NCBI RefSeq assembly: GCF_009914755.1
Contig: NC_060929.1
Strand: one strand, 5' to 3'
DNA: 64,000 nucleotides
From: the human T2T-CHM13v2.0 reference genome, Homo sapiens
The notes beneath the pieces were generated by a model that was given only the letters and a program-made list of their open reading frames with translations, made no database searches and had not been told where the DNA came from. Below are positions 18,961-39,027 of this stretch, piece by piece (the stretch's first letter is position 1; the number at the start of each line of letters is the position of its first letter). The position numbers and the translations under genes are program-made.

Positions 18961-20277
18961 GAGGAGGAGATTTCCTTGCAACAAATGTGCCAAACCTGAG
19001 TGAATCATTCGTAGCAAAAGTGCAGTGTCAAGCGGGTAATAGCCTATCTCCCACTCCCACCGCTATTGCAGCAGCACCCCCGGGCTTCTCTTGTCCTGAC
19101 TAGCAGGGAAATGTGGGAGGGAGAGCCTGATCACACTGCTGGTAGATGTGCTTCCAACAGGACTTCGGAAAAATCACCTAAATTTTCAATTATAGAGTGC
19201 CATTCTGGACATAGTCGACTTTTAAACTTTTTGTTAGTGGTTACCTGAAACACGAAAGAATAAAGAGCAGAGCAATAAGCAAACGAAATAATGTTATAAA
19301 GGATAGTAATTTTATTTGCAAAATAGCAGTTTTGACATAGGAAAATGAGTCAATCTTAGTTCACGTATAGCAAATGCCAGTGTGTCCTCTCAGTTTCTCT
19401 TCATCAAGAATATGAGTTCCATGACACTTGGCTCCAGCCAGTAAAACAAGAAAGAGAAAAAGTATATGGGTTTCAGTCTGTGGAATTTAAATTAAAATTT
19501 AAAAATTAAAAATAAGAAAGAGCACCAAATCCTTTTTCATTAACACAAGCATATTTTCGTCTTCTTTAGTTTTGACCACATAATATGTAATTACAATATC
19601 TCTTAAGTGTGTTTTGCATTTTCTGTATGGCAAGGGTGAGTAGCTGTCTATAGGTTTACTAGCTATGTGTGTCTATAAACACCATATTATGAGTGCTTTT
19701 TACATTGTAAATTACTACAGAGTTTTTAAATTATTTTAAAGTAATTAGGTTAAAACAATTTTTTAATTAGGTAAATCATATAGTGAACTTTGATTTTATT
19801 TTACTTAACTTGATAAGCATGGCCAAGAAATAGAATTGCTGCGTATTGCCAAAGGCCAATACTGTTTCAAGTTAGTCTACAAATTTAGTGACCCTGTTTT
19901 CCAGACCAAAATCTAGACACACCATTTGACGTTAGGAAAAAATATTTGAATCTGAAGTGACCTGGAAAATCCAAAACATAGGATTACCAACCTATGAAGT
20001 GATTATTAGGAAAGTTATAGATCAATATCAACGCAGTTTAAATAAAAGAAGCTAAAACTCGTTAGAATGTATACCACATGTGACTTTTAGAAACTGTTTG
20101 TAATGTTAAACTACTCACATGGTTCCTAATTAAGGAACATTGGTTTTGCAGCTTTCTGTATTTACATTTTCTTGCTCAAGTTAGGAGTCCAAGATTAAAG
20201 AACACCACCAACAACAAAAAAGACCCATTTGTAACTGATTCAAACACTCTGGTCATCTTCACATTATAAAATTATGA

Positions 20278-20910
<633 letters not shown>

Positions 20911-23560
20911 CTCGTTTTTTTTTGTTTTGCTTTTTGTTTGTTTGTTTTAAGGTTATAACAAAAGGTTAATGAAAGGCAAATCCCTGCTTGCCAATTTGTC
21001 TAATGTATATTATTATCATATTAATCGAAACTTGTACCAATTTGTATTTCAGACAAATGGAGCTTCTTATATCTAAAATGTTAAAACAATAAAACTATCA
21101 TTCTTCCAATAATGTCATCCCTTGGCAAATTAAAATACAAATTATGTTATTACACTACTAAAATTTCTCTACAAACAATTTCCTACCTAACTAAATAACT
21201 TCTCTCTTTCCTGCTCTTTCTCTCCATGTTAATTAAAGCTCTCACTTTACCATTTTCAAACACTTTATTCTACCCTTTCATCACAACTTCCTCTCATTTA
21301 CAGTCTTTTTTCCCCTCATCTTTACCCAACTGTCAAAACAGCTTTTCAGCTGCTTTCCTGCCTTTAGAGTGCTGACCCTTTGTTAGTTTCTACTTTTCAC
21401 AACCACATCGTCTCTTCTCAGCTGCTCTTTTATCAACTGAAAATTGAGAGCAGCTTTTTTTCTACATAAATTGAATGGTGCACTGTGATATAATTACTCA
21501 AAGTTTATGCAATTATTTAACTTCAGCCTCAATCTAGAAAATTCTACCTATAATTTATTACTTATAGGTATGAATTTCTTGCCAGCTTATATGGGATCAG
21601 GATCAGTAAGTACATGTGTCCATGTAGTCAAAAGAATATGTAAAACTTTGAAACATTTTATGTAATATGGCATGTCTTCTCAGAAAAAAATAGCCTTTTC
21701 TCCCTGCTTGAAACAATTCCAATACAGTTTTAAGAGGAGTCAGAGAGGCATTCTATGGCTTTCCATCTGTAAGTAAATAAATATCTTTTCTCCTAAGATG
21801 AGCTGATGTAACCCAAATTTTAGTTGTGAATTCCCAACCCTGATTTTTTTGTATGTTTTTTAAAATAGTAAACTTCCTAGAAAGTAATATATTTTCTTTT
21901 ACCGGAAGAGGAAGAAAGTACTTTAGTAGAGTTTCAGATTTTAACAGTTCCTGTTTCCCACTGTGCTCTGAAAATTTGTAGGGCGGTTTATGAATACCCT
22001 CTGATTTTAGAATCTGTGGGCGAAGGCATCTGTTTTAGTTACAGAGTTTATTTCCATGCCCTTAATAGGAGATGGCAATCTTCAATGGGGTGTTCATACA
22101 TTGGTCATGAGATATGTCTTTTTCAATGAAAAGACATCTAAGAGATAGAAAACCTTTGCAGGAAAGAGAGTAAAAGCCAGATTTTATTTTTAATTGCCTT
22201 ACATTAGATAATAACAACTTGCTTTTAATTACCAAAATACCACTATCAATTCAAATAAAGTCAGATTGAAAAATAAGTTAAAAGATATCTCTCTATATAA
22301 AATAAATATCATAATTCCTAGTTTATAATACATAGTCATGAAGAAACTAACCAGCAAAGAGTAAACGTAATAAGAATGAAAGAGTTGCAGGGAAACAGAA
22401 TTTATCCAGTGACTCTCCAAAATCATCCCACTTCCTCCATTATATAGCAGATACCGGGTACCATTGAGTTGTGTATGGCCTGTAATAAGACCATCTTTTA
22501 TTGTCAGTAATGTTCTGAACAGAAGCAAAGTAGTTAAACAGTCTGAAGGGTGGGAACACAAGTGTTTGGCATCTTCAAGGCAAGGCTTGAGGAGAATTTA
22601 TTACAGAGGTTTGAAAGTGGTAGAGGAAAGGAAGCTAAAGAATTAGCCTTAGGAAAACTATGGTAGATAGCCATGGGAAATGATCTCAGAACTACCTCCT
22701 GCTCTGATTTTTACTGTAAATTCATTTTCCAAATATGGTCAGAGGGATACAAATGTAATCCTAGATAGTGAAAGAGGGTACTAGAAAGTTTTCAGTTAGC
22801 TGCTGTTGAGGGCCCACATAGAACAAAATTAGAGGAAATGGTAGTACAACTGTCTATATAACATTTTTAAAATATTCAGAAAAGATGGGGATAAGGTACC
22901 TTTGAAAAAATTGTCTGGCTTAACCTGGGTTGGTTGGTTGATTGTTTTAAGCAGGAGTTAGAGAAAACAGGCTAGAAAAATACGCAGATCTGCAGAGAAC
23001 TACAGTAAAGAATGTGGAGTAAAGGTTGTGCTGTACCTGTGCAGTTACTTAGAATGGAATGCTGTGGAAGCTGATTGCCATGGTAACCAATAGTCTTTTT
23101 CCTGAATGGGGGAACAGAACAACCATGAGGAAAATGTTTTAAATGAACTACCTTATTTTGTGACTGTTATGGTGCCAACTAAAACAAAAACAACCCACAA
23201 GGTATTTAGGACAATCATTCTTATGGAAGGAAATGGCCTTCTTTTCAGAGAGACAAGGCTGAGGCAGAAATTCTGGAGCATTTCAAAGAGAGATGGGGCT
23301 TTAAGATGGCAATTGCAAACTCTCTGAAGCAGAACATAATGGATAGATATTATATTTATGGCTAAAGCAGGCAGAAGCAAGACCTAGAACTCGTGTTAAA
23401 GTTTCTCCCAAGCAAAAGAATCAGAAATAAATGAAGATTCTCAACACTTGGGAGTTTCAGCCAAAATATTTCATGAATTATTTATGAGGCTTTTTATTTT
23501 TTTAAATCTTGTTCTAAATTTTAATTTCTCTAAATATTAAATGGAAATGGTAAATGTATC

Positions 23561-24107
23561 TGTATTAGTTAGGGTTCTCTAGAGAAATAGAACCAATAGG
23601 GTATATATATAGAGAGAGGTAGGCAGGTAGGTAGATGATTGATAGACATAGAGACAGATGTGATATTTATTATAGGACGTGGCTCATGTGATTATGGAGG
23701 CCAAGAAATCAATGTCTGAAGCTGGAGAACTAGGGAAGCTGGCGGCATAATTCAGTCTCAGCCTACAAGGCCTGAGAACCAGGGAAACCAATGTTGTGAC
23801 TCTCAGCTCAAGGCTGAAGGCCTGAGAACTTGGAGTTCTGATGTCCAAGAACAGGAGAAGGCAGATATCCCAGCTCCAGAAGAGAGAGAGAATTTGCCTT
23901 TCCTCTGCCTTTTTGTTCTACCCAGGTCCTCAGCAGATTGGACAGTGTCCACCTACATTGGTGAGGGTGGATCTTCTGTACTCAGTCCACAGATTCAAAT
24001 GCCATTCTCTTCTAGAACCACCCTCAGATACACCCGGAAATAACGCTTTACCCGCTACTTATGTATCCCTTAAGCCAGTCAAGTAGATGCCCAAGATAAA
24101 CCATCAT
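23561..24107 (-). mobile_element. MLT2-type (ERVL) solo LTR
   Basis: tgtattagttagggttctctagagaaatagaaccaatagg...ccagtcaag..aaccatca, the reverse of an MLT2 LTR. Confidence 0.8.
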
Positions 24108-24125
24108 ATCTTTAGTCAATATTTA

Positions 24126-24436
24126 TTCTATTATTATTATTATTATTATTATTTTGAGATGGAGTGTCACTCTGACACTCAGGCTGGAGTACAGTGGCAC
24201 GATCTCGGCTCACTGCAACCTCCGCCTCCCGGGTTCAAGCAGTTCTCTGCCTCGGCCTCCTGAGTAGCTGGGATTAGAGGTGCCCACCACCATGCCTGGC
24301 TAATTTTTGTATTTTTAGTAGAGACAGGGTTTCACCATCTTGGCCAGGCTGGTCTTGAACTCCTGACCTCAGGTAATCCACCCACCTCGGCCTCCCAAAA
24401 TGCTGTGATTACAGGCGTGAGACACTGCACCCGACC
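24126..24436 (-). mobile_element. AluS with (ATT)n tail
   Basis: Reverse Alu preceded by ATT repeats. Confidence 0.95.
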
Positions 24437-24478
24437 TATTATTTTTAATAACAAATCATATATTTTTATCATATGTAT

Positions 24479-24851
24479 CAGTAGTCCCCAACCTTTTTGG
24501 CACCAGGGACCGCTTTTGTGGAAGACAATTTTTCCCCTCGGTAGGGTGGGGGAGATGGTTTCAGGATGAAACTGTTCTGCCTCAGGTCATCAGGCATTAG
24601 TTAGACTCTCATAAGAAGCTCACAACCTAGATCCCTTGCATGCGCAGTTCACAATAGGGTTCACGCTGCTGTGAGAAAGAACCCTGAAACTTCATGCTCC
24701 TAGGGTTCACGCTGCTAATTGGACAGGAGGTGAGAGGTGGAGCTCAGGCAGTAATGCTCACTCACCCACCACTCACTTCCTGCTGTGCTGCCTTGTTCCT
24801 CACAGGCCATGGGCCCATATCAGTCTGTGGCCCAGGGGTTGGGGACCCCTG
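24479..24851. mobile_element. MER1B hAT-Charlie MITE
   Basis: TIRs cagtagtccccaacc...ggttggggacccctg; 8-bp TSD atatgtat/atatatat. Confidence 0.9.
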
Positions 24852-24899
24852 ATATATATGATGAAATACATGATGAAAATATAGTTTTCCCATTTTGAT

Positions 24900-26010
24900 T
24901 AGGTCATCTGCTAAAATCTCTTACACTTACAATAAAATCCAAATTCCATGCCTTGGCCTAAGAGGTACTGCATGATCTGGCCCCTGCTCACCTCTCTTAC
25001 CTTGGTTTCCATTACCCGCTCCATTGCTAGTGTGTGGGTTGGTGCCTTGTCAACTGCATGAGCAAAAACTCCAGGTAATGGTGACTTAACCTATAAGGTC
25101 ATTTTTTAATTTGCTTATTAAAAAGAAGTCTGAAGGTAGGTGGTCTTAACAATTGATTTGGAAAGTCCAAGGTGTCATTAGAATCTTTCCATCCCTTTAC
25201 TTTGCTATCTTCATGTGTTGTCTTTTAAACCTGGATTGTTGTCCCTTTCTTTTTTAGAAGATTATTATATTTCCAGGCATCACATTCAAAGAACACCCAA
25301 AGCAGGAAGGGAAGGAAGGAGACTGAGTTTTTTTCTCTTTTATGGCTACTTTTTTTACCAGGGAGAAAAACTCTGAAGGGACCTCAAGAAAATTCCTTCT
25401 CATGTCTTGTTGGCCAGAACTAGAGTACATGCTCATCCCTAAATCAGTGATTGACAGTTTGGAACTGGATTTTCTTGATTGGCTTAGGCAAGTGGTGGTT
25501 CATCCCTTGAGTCTGCCTATTGTGACTGAACCAAATTAAAACTCTCAGCATGGAAGAAAGGCCAGTGGCTGTTGGGCAAGCAAACCACATATTTGCCACA
25601 CACCCTGAAGCCACTCATATTCCTGCTGATCTTCAAGTATAACAAGCTTGCTCCAAATGCAGGGCCTTTACGCTTTTTTTGTTCTTTCTGCCTGGAACAC
25701 ATATGTCCAAGACCCTCACATAGTGTGCTCCTCCTTGTCATTGAGTTCTGTGCTCAAATTACATCTCTTGAAAAAGATCTTCTTTATAAAATATCTGTAC
25801 ATCCATCGCCATTAATCTTCCACTTAATTTGCTTTATTTTCTTCATAGTATATTCAACACTAAAATAGTATTAGATGTTAGTGTACTCATAGAATAGAGC
25901 CCCATGAAGAGGAACTTTGCCTGTCTTGTTTACTTTCCTGTCTGTAATAGCAAGACAATGTTTAGCACATAGTGGGTGTTCAATAAATGATTATTGAATG
26001 AATAAATTTG
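24900..26010 (+). mobile_element. L2 remnant interrupted by an old MLT1-like LTR (~25040-25550)
   Basis: L2 3' end 'tttagcacatagtgggtgttcaataaatgattattgaatgaat' at ~25960-26005. Confidence 0.6.
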
Positions 26011-26059
26011 CTAGGACTTTCAGTTATCCTTAGGTAGAAATTACTTAAGTCAGGGTTCC

Positions 26060-26910
<851 letters not shown>

Positions 26911-27319
26911 TAAGAGAGAGGAGAGTGCCTGGCATAGCAGCACAGACTGTCCCCTCTGTGCCTGAAAGGACAGGAGGAAGGAGCAATGGATGGAACCTGG
27001 AGACAGAGATGGCTGTGTGGAAAGCGTTGTCTGAAGTAGCTATGTCCTTTGCTTAAAGGTCTCAGCCAGCTCAGAGACCCCACAAAGAGACAGCCCAGGA
27101 AATGAATAACTCAACTTTACTCTCCTTCCCACCCCACCCCCCCCCCATCTCCTGTTGCATTCCTCCTTGTAAAACTGACATATGGGAAGCTAGGCAGAGG
27201 AGCCCAGTGATGCAGTCCATGTTGGTCTGGGGCAAGGAGCAGGAAAAAGAAGGCTCAAAGATGGATCTGGAGAGGGAAACTAAAGATATCCAGTCCAAAT
27301 TCTATTCTATTCAGCTATT

Positions 27320-27670
27320 AGATTAGCAATTATTTTAAAGTTTGGCATGTGGGAAAACAAGCACTACCACACAGTTAGTAGGAGTGTAAATTGGTATATC
27401 CTTGAAGACATATATAAATTTTGACACAGCAGTTCCACTTTAAGAAATTTATCCTACAGATATGCTTTTTCAAGTGTTCAAAGAAACACATAGATTTTTT
27501 TGTATTGCTTTAAAATGAAAAAAGGGAGAGGAGACAACCTGTATGTCTATCAATAGAGGACTGGTACAATCATATAATAAAACACTATGCAGCTATTTAA
27601 AAGAATGAGGTAGATCCATAGTCCTGATACGGAAAGATGCCTAATACAGAAAAAAATTCTAGATGGATAT
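27320..27670 (+). mobile_element. Old L1M 3' fragment
   Basis: 'gtaggagtgtaaattggta...cagcagttccacttt.agaaatttatccta...tctatcaatagagga' L1 3' motifs. Confidence 0.65.
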
Positions 27671-27947
27671 AATAAACTGAATTGTGGTTAACTTGAGAAA
27701 GTGGGAATGTAAATTTGAGATTTAGAGAGGAGAGGAGGATTTTTAAAAAGATTTCTGTAACACCATTTGTATCGTTTGCATTTTTTTGTAATAATACAAA
27801 ACCAAACCATATTACTTGGAAAATATTTAAAATACACAAATATGTTTAAAATTCAATTGTGGGAGGATAGAATAAGACATTAATATACACTTAATTTTCC
27901 TATCTTCCTCTCCTTTATATCCTTTTTGGTAGAAAATACTGTAAGTT

Positions 27948-28245
27948 GACTGGGCGCAGTGGCTCACGCCTGTAACCCCAGCACTTTGGGAAGCCAAGGT
28001 GGGCAGATCACCTGAGGTCAGGAGTTCGAGACCAGCCTGATCAACATGGAGAAACCCTGCCTCTACTAAAAATACAAAATTAGCTGGGCGTGGTGGTGCA
28101 TGCCTGTAATCCCAGCTACTCAGAAGGCTGAGGTAGGTGAATGGCTTGAACCAGAGAGGCGGAAGTTGCAGTGAGCCAAGATCGTGGCATTGCACTCCAA
28201 CCTGGGCAGCATGAGCAAAACTCTGTCTCAAAAAAAAAAGAAAAA
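27948..28245 (+). mobile_element. AluSp-like
   Basis: TSD agaaaatact(g/a)taagtt. Confidence 0.95.
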
Positions 28246-28283
28246 AGAAAATACTATAAGTTTACAACATACATTTATGAAAA

Positions 28284-28391
28284 GAAAAGTTTGAAATAAG
28301 GTATTTCATTGGAAGCAGTAATTCTATTGTATTCATCGAAAAGTTTGAAATAAGGTATTTCATTGGAAGCAGTAATTCTATTGTATTCATC
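28284..28391. repeat. Perfect 54-bp tandem duplication
   Basis: gaaaagtttgaaataaggtatttcattggaagcagtaattctattgtattcatc at 28284-28337 and 28338-28391. Confidence 0.97.
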
Positions 28392-29070
28392 ACTGATGAA
28401 ACCAGATCTGGATATTCTATTTTAGGAGAGATACTGATGAGATGGCAGGATAACTAAGATGGTGATGACCAACCAAGACAAGGCCATGTGAGCATGGATG
28501 AAGACAGATGTTTAATTTGCTGAACACAAAATCAAGGGGAGATATGATAGTTGACTTCATAGAAGGGCTATCACAAAGAATAAATAATAGCTATATGAAT
28601 ATGTGCTCCATGAGATAGTAAAGAATCAATGGTTTAAAAAAGTATTACAAGTCAGGTTTCAGCTCAATATGAGAAAAAATGCGAAAACAATTAGATCTAT
28701 GTCAGTAGAATTGGTTGTCCTGAGAATAATTGGCTTAGATCTTCTTCACTAGATCTGAAGCAGAAACTGGCTGCATGATCAATTGTTGGATTGATATAGA
28801 AAAGATGCTTGTGTCAGATAATAGGTTAAAAACAAGGCCCCCAAGTTATCTTTCATTCAAAGTTTTATGACAACTCAAGTCTGAGCTCACATCAAAGTTG
28901 TCCTTCACTATTAGCTTCTCTACATTGTCTCCTTCAAATGACTCATTCTTTCCACTAGTGTCAGTCATTGTCACTGCACAACTTAGTTTTGACATTGTCT
29001 TCCACGCTTGATTCTCACATCTAGCCCACTGAAATGGTCCATTTGCATGTTCTTAAAAAATCAAAGTGAG

Positions 29071-29385
29071 AGCCGGGCGCGGTGGCTCATGCCTATAATC
29101 CCAGCACTTTCGGAGGCTGAGGCGGGTGCATCACGAGTTCAGGAGATTGAGACCATCCTGGCTAACATGGCAAAACCCCGTCTCTACTAAAAATACAAAA
29201 AAAAAAAAAAAAAAAAAATTAGCCGGGTGTGGTGGCAGGCGCCTCTAGTCCCAGCTACTCAGGAGGCTGAGGGAGGAGAATGGTGTGAACCCAGGAGGCG
29301 GAGCTTGCAGTGAGCAGAGATTGCGCCACTGCACTCCAGGCTGGGCGACAAAGCGAGACTCCATCTCAAAAAAAAAAAAAAAAAA
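29071..29385 (+). mobile_element. AluY with expanded central A-tract
   Basis: gagaccatcctggctaac and gcggagcttgcagtg diagnostics; TSD aaaaaatc(a/g)aagtgag. Confidence 0.95.
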
Positions 29386-29734
29386 TCGAAGTGAGTAAAG
29401 CAAGTTAAACACCTTAATTCCCCCCCATACTCTTCCTCTTGGAATTCTTCCTTTTTCTGTACATGATAGTAAGCAAGGCTAACAGATTTGGATGATAAAG
29501 AAACAAGAAGCCCTTTTACAATTTAGACAATTTATTACTCACATAGATAGCAGGTAAGAAAAAAAAAAACAGCGAAAGTGCCAGTTCTCCTATGTCTCTT
29601 GTCTCACAGGACGACACAGAAACAATTTTTTATGACAAGGCAACATGAATAGTGGGATACCCTGTTGCTGAAGAGTCAATTCTATGAGGCTACTAAGCAG
29701 TTTTACAGTTGTATGCTAAGAGGGGAAGGAAGTT

Positions 29735-30690
<956 letters not shown>

Positions 30691-30874
30691 AAGGAAAAAC
30701 CTCATACCTCCTCAGAACCCAAGAGACAATGAGAAACTGTCTCATGACACCCTCCTGAAAGATAGGAAGGCAAGTGAGAAATGGCCTTGAAGCAATTCCT
30801 CCCAAGCCTCCCATGGTCTCACGTTCCAGGAGGATCACAAGATATTCTGCCAAAATTTATGTCAGCTACAGTTA

Positions 30875-31230
<356 letters not shown>

Positions 31231-31996
31231 ACCCAAAGTGGTGGCAGTTGTCACTGAGTCATGGAATCTGAAGACTTTGGCTTGCTTTTTGCTACCTTTC
31301 TTCATTATACTTTATAGAGGCAATTTAGGGTGTGGTTAAGTATAGACTCTGGGGACATCCTGCCTGGGTTTGAATTTCACCTCTGTCGTTTAGTAACTTC
31401 ATGTTCTTGATACTGATCCACTAACCTGCCCTTTCAATCCAAGGGCTCAGCCAGCTCCAGTCTCTCCTAGGAGTGCATTCACCTCTTTTATTAATACCGT
31501 CTTCATCTACAAGAACATCATGTGGAACTATCATTTTCCTTCCTGAAATGAAGATATAATATATCCATGATAATGCCCTAATTTATCATCTTTGTTTTCC
31601 CATTAAATTTTAAATAACCCAATGAACAACAACAACAAAAAAATTCTAGCTTGCCATGATTGGTTTCTTGGCAAACCAAGACTTCAAGCAAATTGCTTAG
31701 CTCTGGATGCCTAAGCTTTCTTATTTGTAAAATGGAGAATAAATAATAGTCCTTACCTCATACAGTTGTGAGGATTAAGTGAATGAAAACAAACAAAACC
31801 CTTGGAACAGTGCCTAGTACACAAAAAGCACTCAACAAATGTTAGCTATTTTTAAGACTTTTATATGTTATTTGATTTGTGTAGTGACTACATGTCACTG
31901 TAAACAAATCCAATTAAAACATACAAAAATGTCAAGTTTTCTGTTTATATCTCATTAATTTACATTTTTCAATTCACGACTAGACTTATTAGCCAC

Positions 31997-32288
<292 letters not shown>

Positions 32289-33452
32289 TAGCCATATTTT
32301 TGCCTATCATCATAACATTTCATAGTCGCCATGTAGAGAAATGGGATAAGTTTAAGCTAGAGAAAGCATTTGAAAACTGAGATGAATATCTTAGATGAAT
32401 ATATACATATAATTTTACTTAAAATTCTTTCACCACCACCTCCAAAATAAACCAAAGTTAACATTTTGGTCTTATATATATTTAAAGGGAGCACATTAAA
32501 ATGTTCATTATATTTTATCTCTGGTTAATGAAAGTTTGTATACTCTTTATACATTTATACATAGTGTAAATTCTTTCAAGTGAGCATGTATTACTTTTTG
32601 GAATCAGAAAAAAATGTTATTTTAAAGATAAAATTATTTTTATCAGAGTTCTTTTCGAACTGTGCAAAGAAGAAAGAAACATAAAATACTTGAGATTCCA
32701 GTAACATGAGAGATTACTTTTGAAACATTCTGAAATTATATTTTCTATTGGTTTTTAACAAGATTTACAACCTACTCAAAATGCAGTAGAGTGGGCACCA
32801 CAAAGCAAATTTATTTGAAAGCACCAGAATCAGCACATGAATAGTCATGACATTCAGCAACATGTCCCTGTTGAAAAACAATTTTAGAATCTATAATGTT
32901 GGTTGTTGTACTAACAGGGTAAGCTGCATGTAGAATAAAATGAAAAACATCTTAAAAGTAGAGATTAAAGATGATTAGAGATTAAAAAAGAAAATATTTT
33001 AATGAAACTGCCGTTTGTAATGTTAATACTAATCACACTCAAATACAAACATGAACTTTGAAAATATCAGTAAATTCTTATATAGGGCTATTAAGAACAT
33101 GAATTTTGGAATCAGATGGATTTTGAGTTTGAGTCCTCTTGGCCCAGCCATGTAGCACGGGATGTGTTATTTCAACACATCATCTCTGAGCCTCAGTCTC
33201 CCAGATTCTAAGATATGAATAATTATAGTACCTGAAGGATTTGTTGTAATAATTAAATGAAATATTTACTAAGCAAATGCTTAGTAAATGCACTCTTTAC
33301 ATATGAAAGATAGTTGTCAGTTTTCTGTTTCTTTTACTGATGTGAAAATTAGTTGCATTTTTTCTACTCCTTGTATTACCTTATAATCAGCTACTTAAGA
33401 GGAACTATAAAATGGAAAGGGAACATTAGACTATGTAAGAATTAGGGAAACT

Positions 33453-34676
<1,224 letters not shown>

Positions 34677-34961
34677 TCTGAAATGTATTCTTTTAAAGCA
34701 GCCAAAACCTGTGTGTTTTTCACACAGGCATACCATACCAACTCTGTGATCTTATGCAGTGTAAAAGGAAAGCAAAACAGAGACCCTAGCATACAAATGG
34801 AAAATATTTTATACTTCATGTTCCATAATCTCTGAATCCTTCTGAACTAAGCTACATTTTGGTCTTTTTCATCTATAAACGGGAGTGCAGATTATCATTG
34901 ACATGGATTTATCACATAGGTACGGGGATAAACTCGTGGCCTTTTAAGAATGCCTTTTCTT

Positions 34962-35374
<413 letters not shown>

Positions 35375-36006
35375 TCACGTCACCCTTCAAAGACCTTAGG
35401 AAATCTCAATCAAAGTTGGCCTTTAAAGCTTGCCCATGAGTTAACTGAGCTCGTACATTAGGGTACCTAACTACAATTTTCAGCTAAACCTCCAGAAGGC
35501 ATTTACCCTTAAGGGAAAAGCCTGTCTTCATAGTTCTTCTGTCCACCCCACTCCTATAGAAGACTTCTCTGGAATGACAGGACATTCCACATTTTAGAAC
35601 CAGAGAGAATAGCCACCTCTATCCATTGCACAAAACCTACTTTAGAATGAACACTGAGGCTTCAGCTACATGGAGCTTTCCTTTTGGCCATGGCACTCCC
35701 TTAACTGACAGCATCTCCCTGTGATCCCTTTATTTAAAAAGGGAATCAACACTCCTGGACATTTAGTGTAAAAGAATGGAAGCTGCTACCTTTCTGCCTA
35801 CTTGCCCGAACTTCAGAGTTTTCCTATTTTCCTGTCATTTCCCCCATTGCTATTGTAGGCATTCACTACTTAGGAGTCAGCATCATCTATGACCCTGGTA
35901 TTCTGTCCTCCAGATTGCTTACACAAATTTTAAATATACTTGTCCCAGCAGAGGGATCTTTGAAACCCTGCTCTTAGGCTTCTCCCAATTAGGATGTGTT
36001 TATTGA

Positions 36007-36548
<542 letters not shown>

Positions 36549-37156
36549 TTAAGAATAGGAAATGTCTCTGCATATAATGATTTTTGAGAAGTCTTATGTC
36601 TGTAAATTGTATTTGCTGGTTTCCCCTTTGCCACAATAGTCATTATTTCCCTAAAGAGCTCACAATATTTCTATATGAACTTCCCTTATAAGCTATGGTG
36701 CCTTTTCCCCAGTAGATTGTTTTTACATTTTTCCATGATCCTACCATTTAATTACAGATTCGACGAGGTTGTCCAGTATAGTGTGATATTCACTATGTGT
36801 ATGTTTCCACAGCTATGCTTGCAACTCATCTCTTAGATAGAATTCAGATAGGCAATTCATCAGTCCCCTGGAAAGTTTGCCATAACAGGATACACAACTT
36901 TGCTAGCAATTGCACAACTTTACCATTGATATTCTTTAACATCCTAGGTAGATCAAATTCTGTTGATTTATCTCTTTCTGGTGTGTTAACTAGATCCTAG
37001 GCATTTCCCACTATTTATTCATAAGAAAAATACCACCTTATATTTGTATAGTGCTTTATGCTTTTCAGCTATTTTCAGCTTTTCACTGGGTCTAATAGTA
37101 TCAATATCTGTGAACCAAAAGGTAATTATTTTTCCTATAAACCTAAAACTGCTCTA

Positions 37157-37491
<335 letters not shown>

Positions 37492-39027
37492 TTATGCTGA
37501 TGTATGTTTCCTCACTCAACCCATAACAACCCTAATGGGGTAGGTATTCTGTATTCATGCCATCTTTATAGGGAAGGAAAAGAAAGCTGAGCAGGAATTT
37601 GTCATTTGCCTAAAATCCACCTGGATTTGAACCTAAGTCTGCCTAATTCCAAACTTTTGCCATTAACCTCTATGCCCTTTTGCCATTTAATTAGAACTAA
37701 ATCAAGCATTTCTAGAACTATGGGTAGCAGGATTAGGATGCAGACTATCTGCATTCTCGTCTGGCTCTGCCACAACCAACTATTTGATCAAGGGCAGGTG
37801 AATTAACTGGTGAGAACCTGTTTCTTTATCTGTTAAATGAGATGATAGATTACAAGACTTTAGTGTTTTCTATTCTGTGATTCTATTTATGTAAATATTC
37901 ACTAACCACCATGTGGTTATGAACAGGCACAAAACCAAAGTAAAAGACGTTAAATTTAAATTTAAAATAAATTTTAACAGAAGGTACATGTTTGTTTTAT
38001 TGTTTTGCTTTACAGCCAAAAGCAAACCAAAACACCAGAGATGCTCATTTAAGCAGTAGGGCCCTAACTTTTGAGTGTGACGGCAGTTATGTCTGTAAAT
38101 GAATTTTATTCATTGCTGTGAGGGATAGATATATATGTTCACTTCCTGCAAAAATTGAAACTAAATGTTAACAGTATTTAATCTATTTATTCAGAGTGTA
38201 TTCAGAGAGATTTAATGAAGAAATTAACACTGTGTCAGATGGGATGGGGCAGATCAATGTCCTATAATTGTGTGGCCTAAATTTGGCTAAGTTAGATTTA
38301 GTTTTTCTCAGATAATTTTAGGGTTTCCAGGCTTTTCTTATTCTGTACATAATGATCCAGCCTTTTCTTGTCCCGTTTATAATGGAAATCTTCTATGCTG
38401 GTTATTTTGCTAATCCTTCCCAGTCCTTCCCTTTCCTCTCCACCTGCATCTCTTCTTCCCCCTGCTCTGCCCTGGACTGTGCCTCAGAAGGCTGAAATGT
38501 GCTAACTGCATCTCCATAAGTCTTTTTGAATTGAAACACACAGGAGATCTGAGAGTATAAAGTTGGTATGTCTTCCCTGCCCCCACTTTGGCACACCATC
38601 TCTTACAGCAGCTTCATCACTCCTGCATCACTCCCCAGCCACACTGGCCTTCTTCCCCAGCTCCGGCTTCTACTGGGCCCTGCTAACTACTCTATATTCT
38701 TTGTTTCTACAGGCCCAGGGGGGAAACGGTTTTCCCTCTGAAGCTGGTCCCTGAGTATCTCACCGTATTTTGTCTCTTCTTAACCTTGCTTATATATTTT
38801 TGAGTAGTCTTTTCATTAAAGTCTCTTCATTTGAACCATCTAGGATGAATTTTGTTTCTTCCCCAGGACCCCAGCTGATTCACTACCACTTACCTAAAAC
38901 TCATTGAATTGGAATTTAAGCACCTCATCCCAAAGATGACATTGACTTCAATCAATGAGTACATATTGAGCATCTTGATGTGCTTAAGGGTATACTAAGA
39001 GCTATGACAGGTACAAGAGTCATTCGA

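Noticed and set aside
23106-23327. ORF starting MGEQ (atgggggaaca), like the HOMER1 N-terminus
   Set aside because: Similarity ends after 4 codons and it is on the wrong strand; coincidence.
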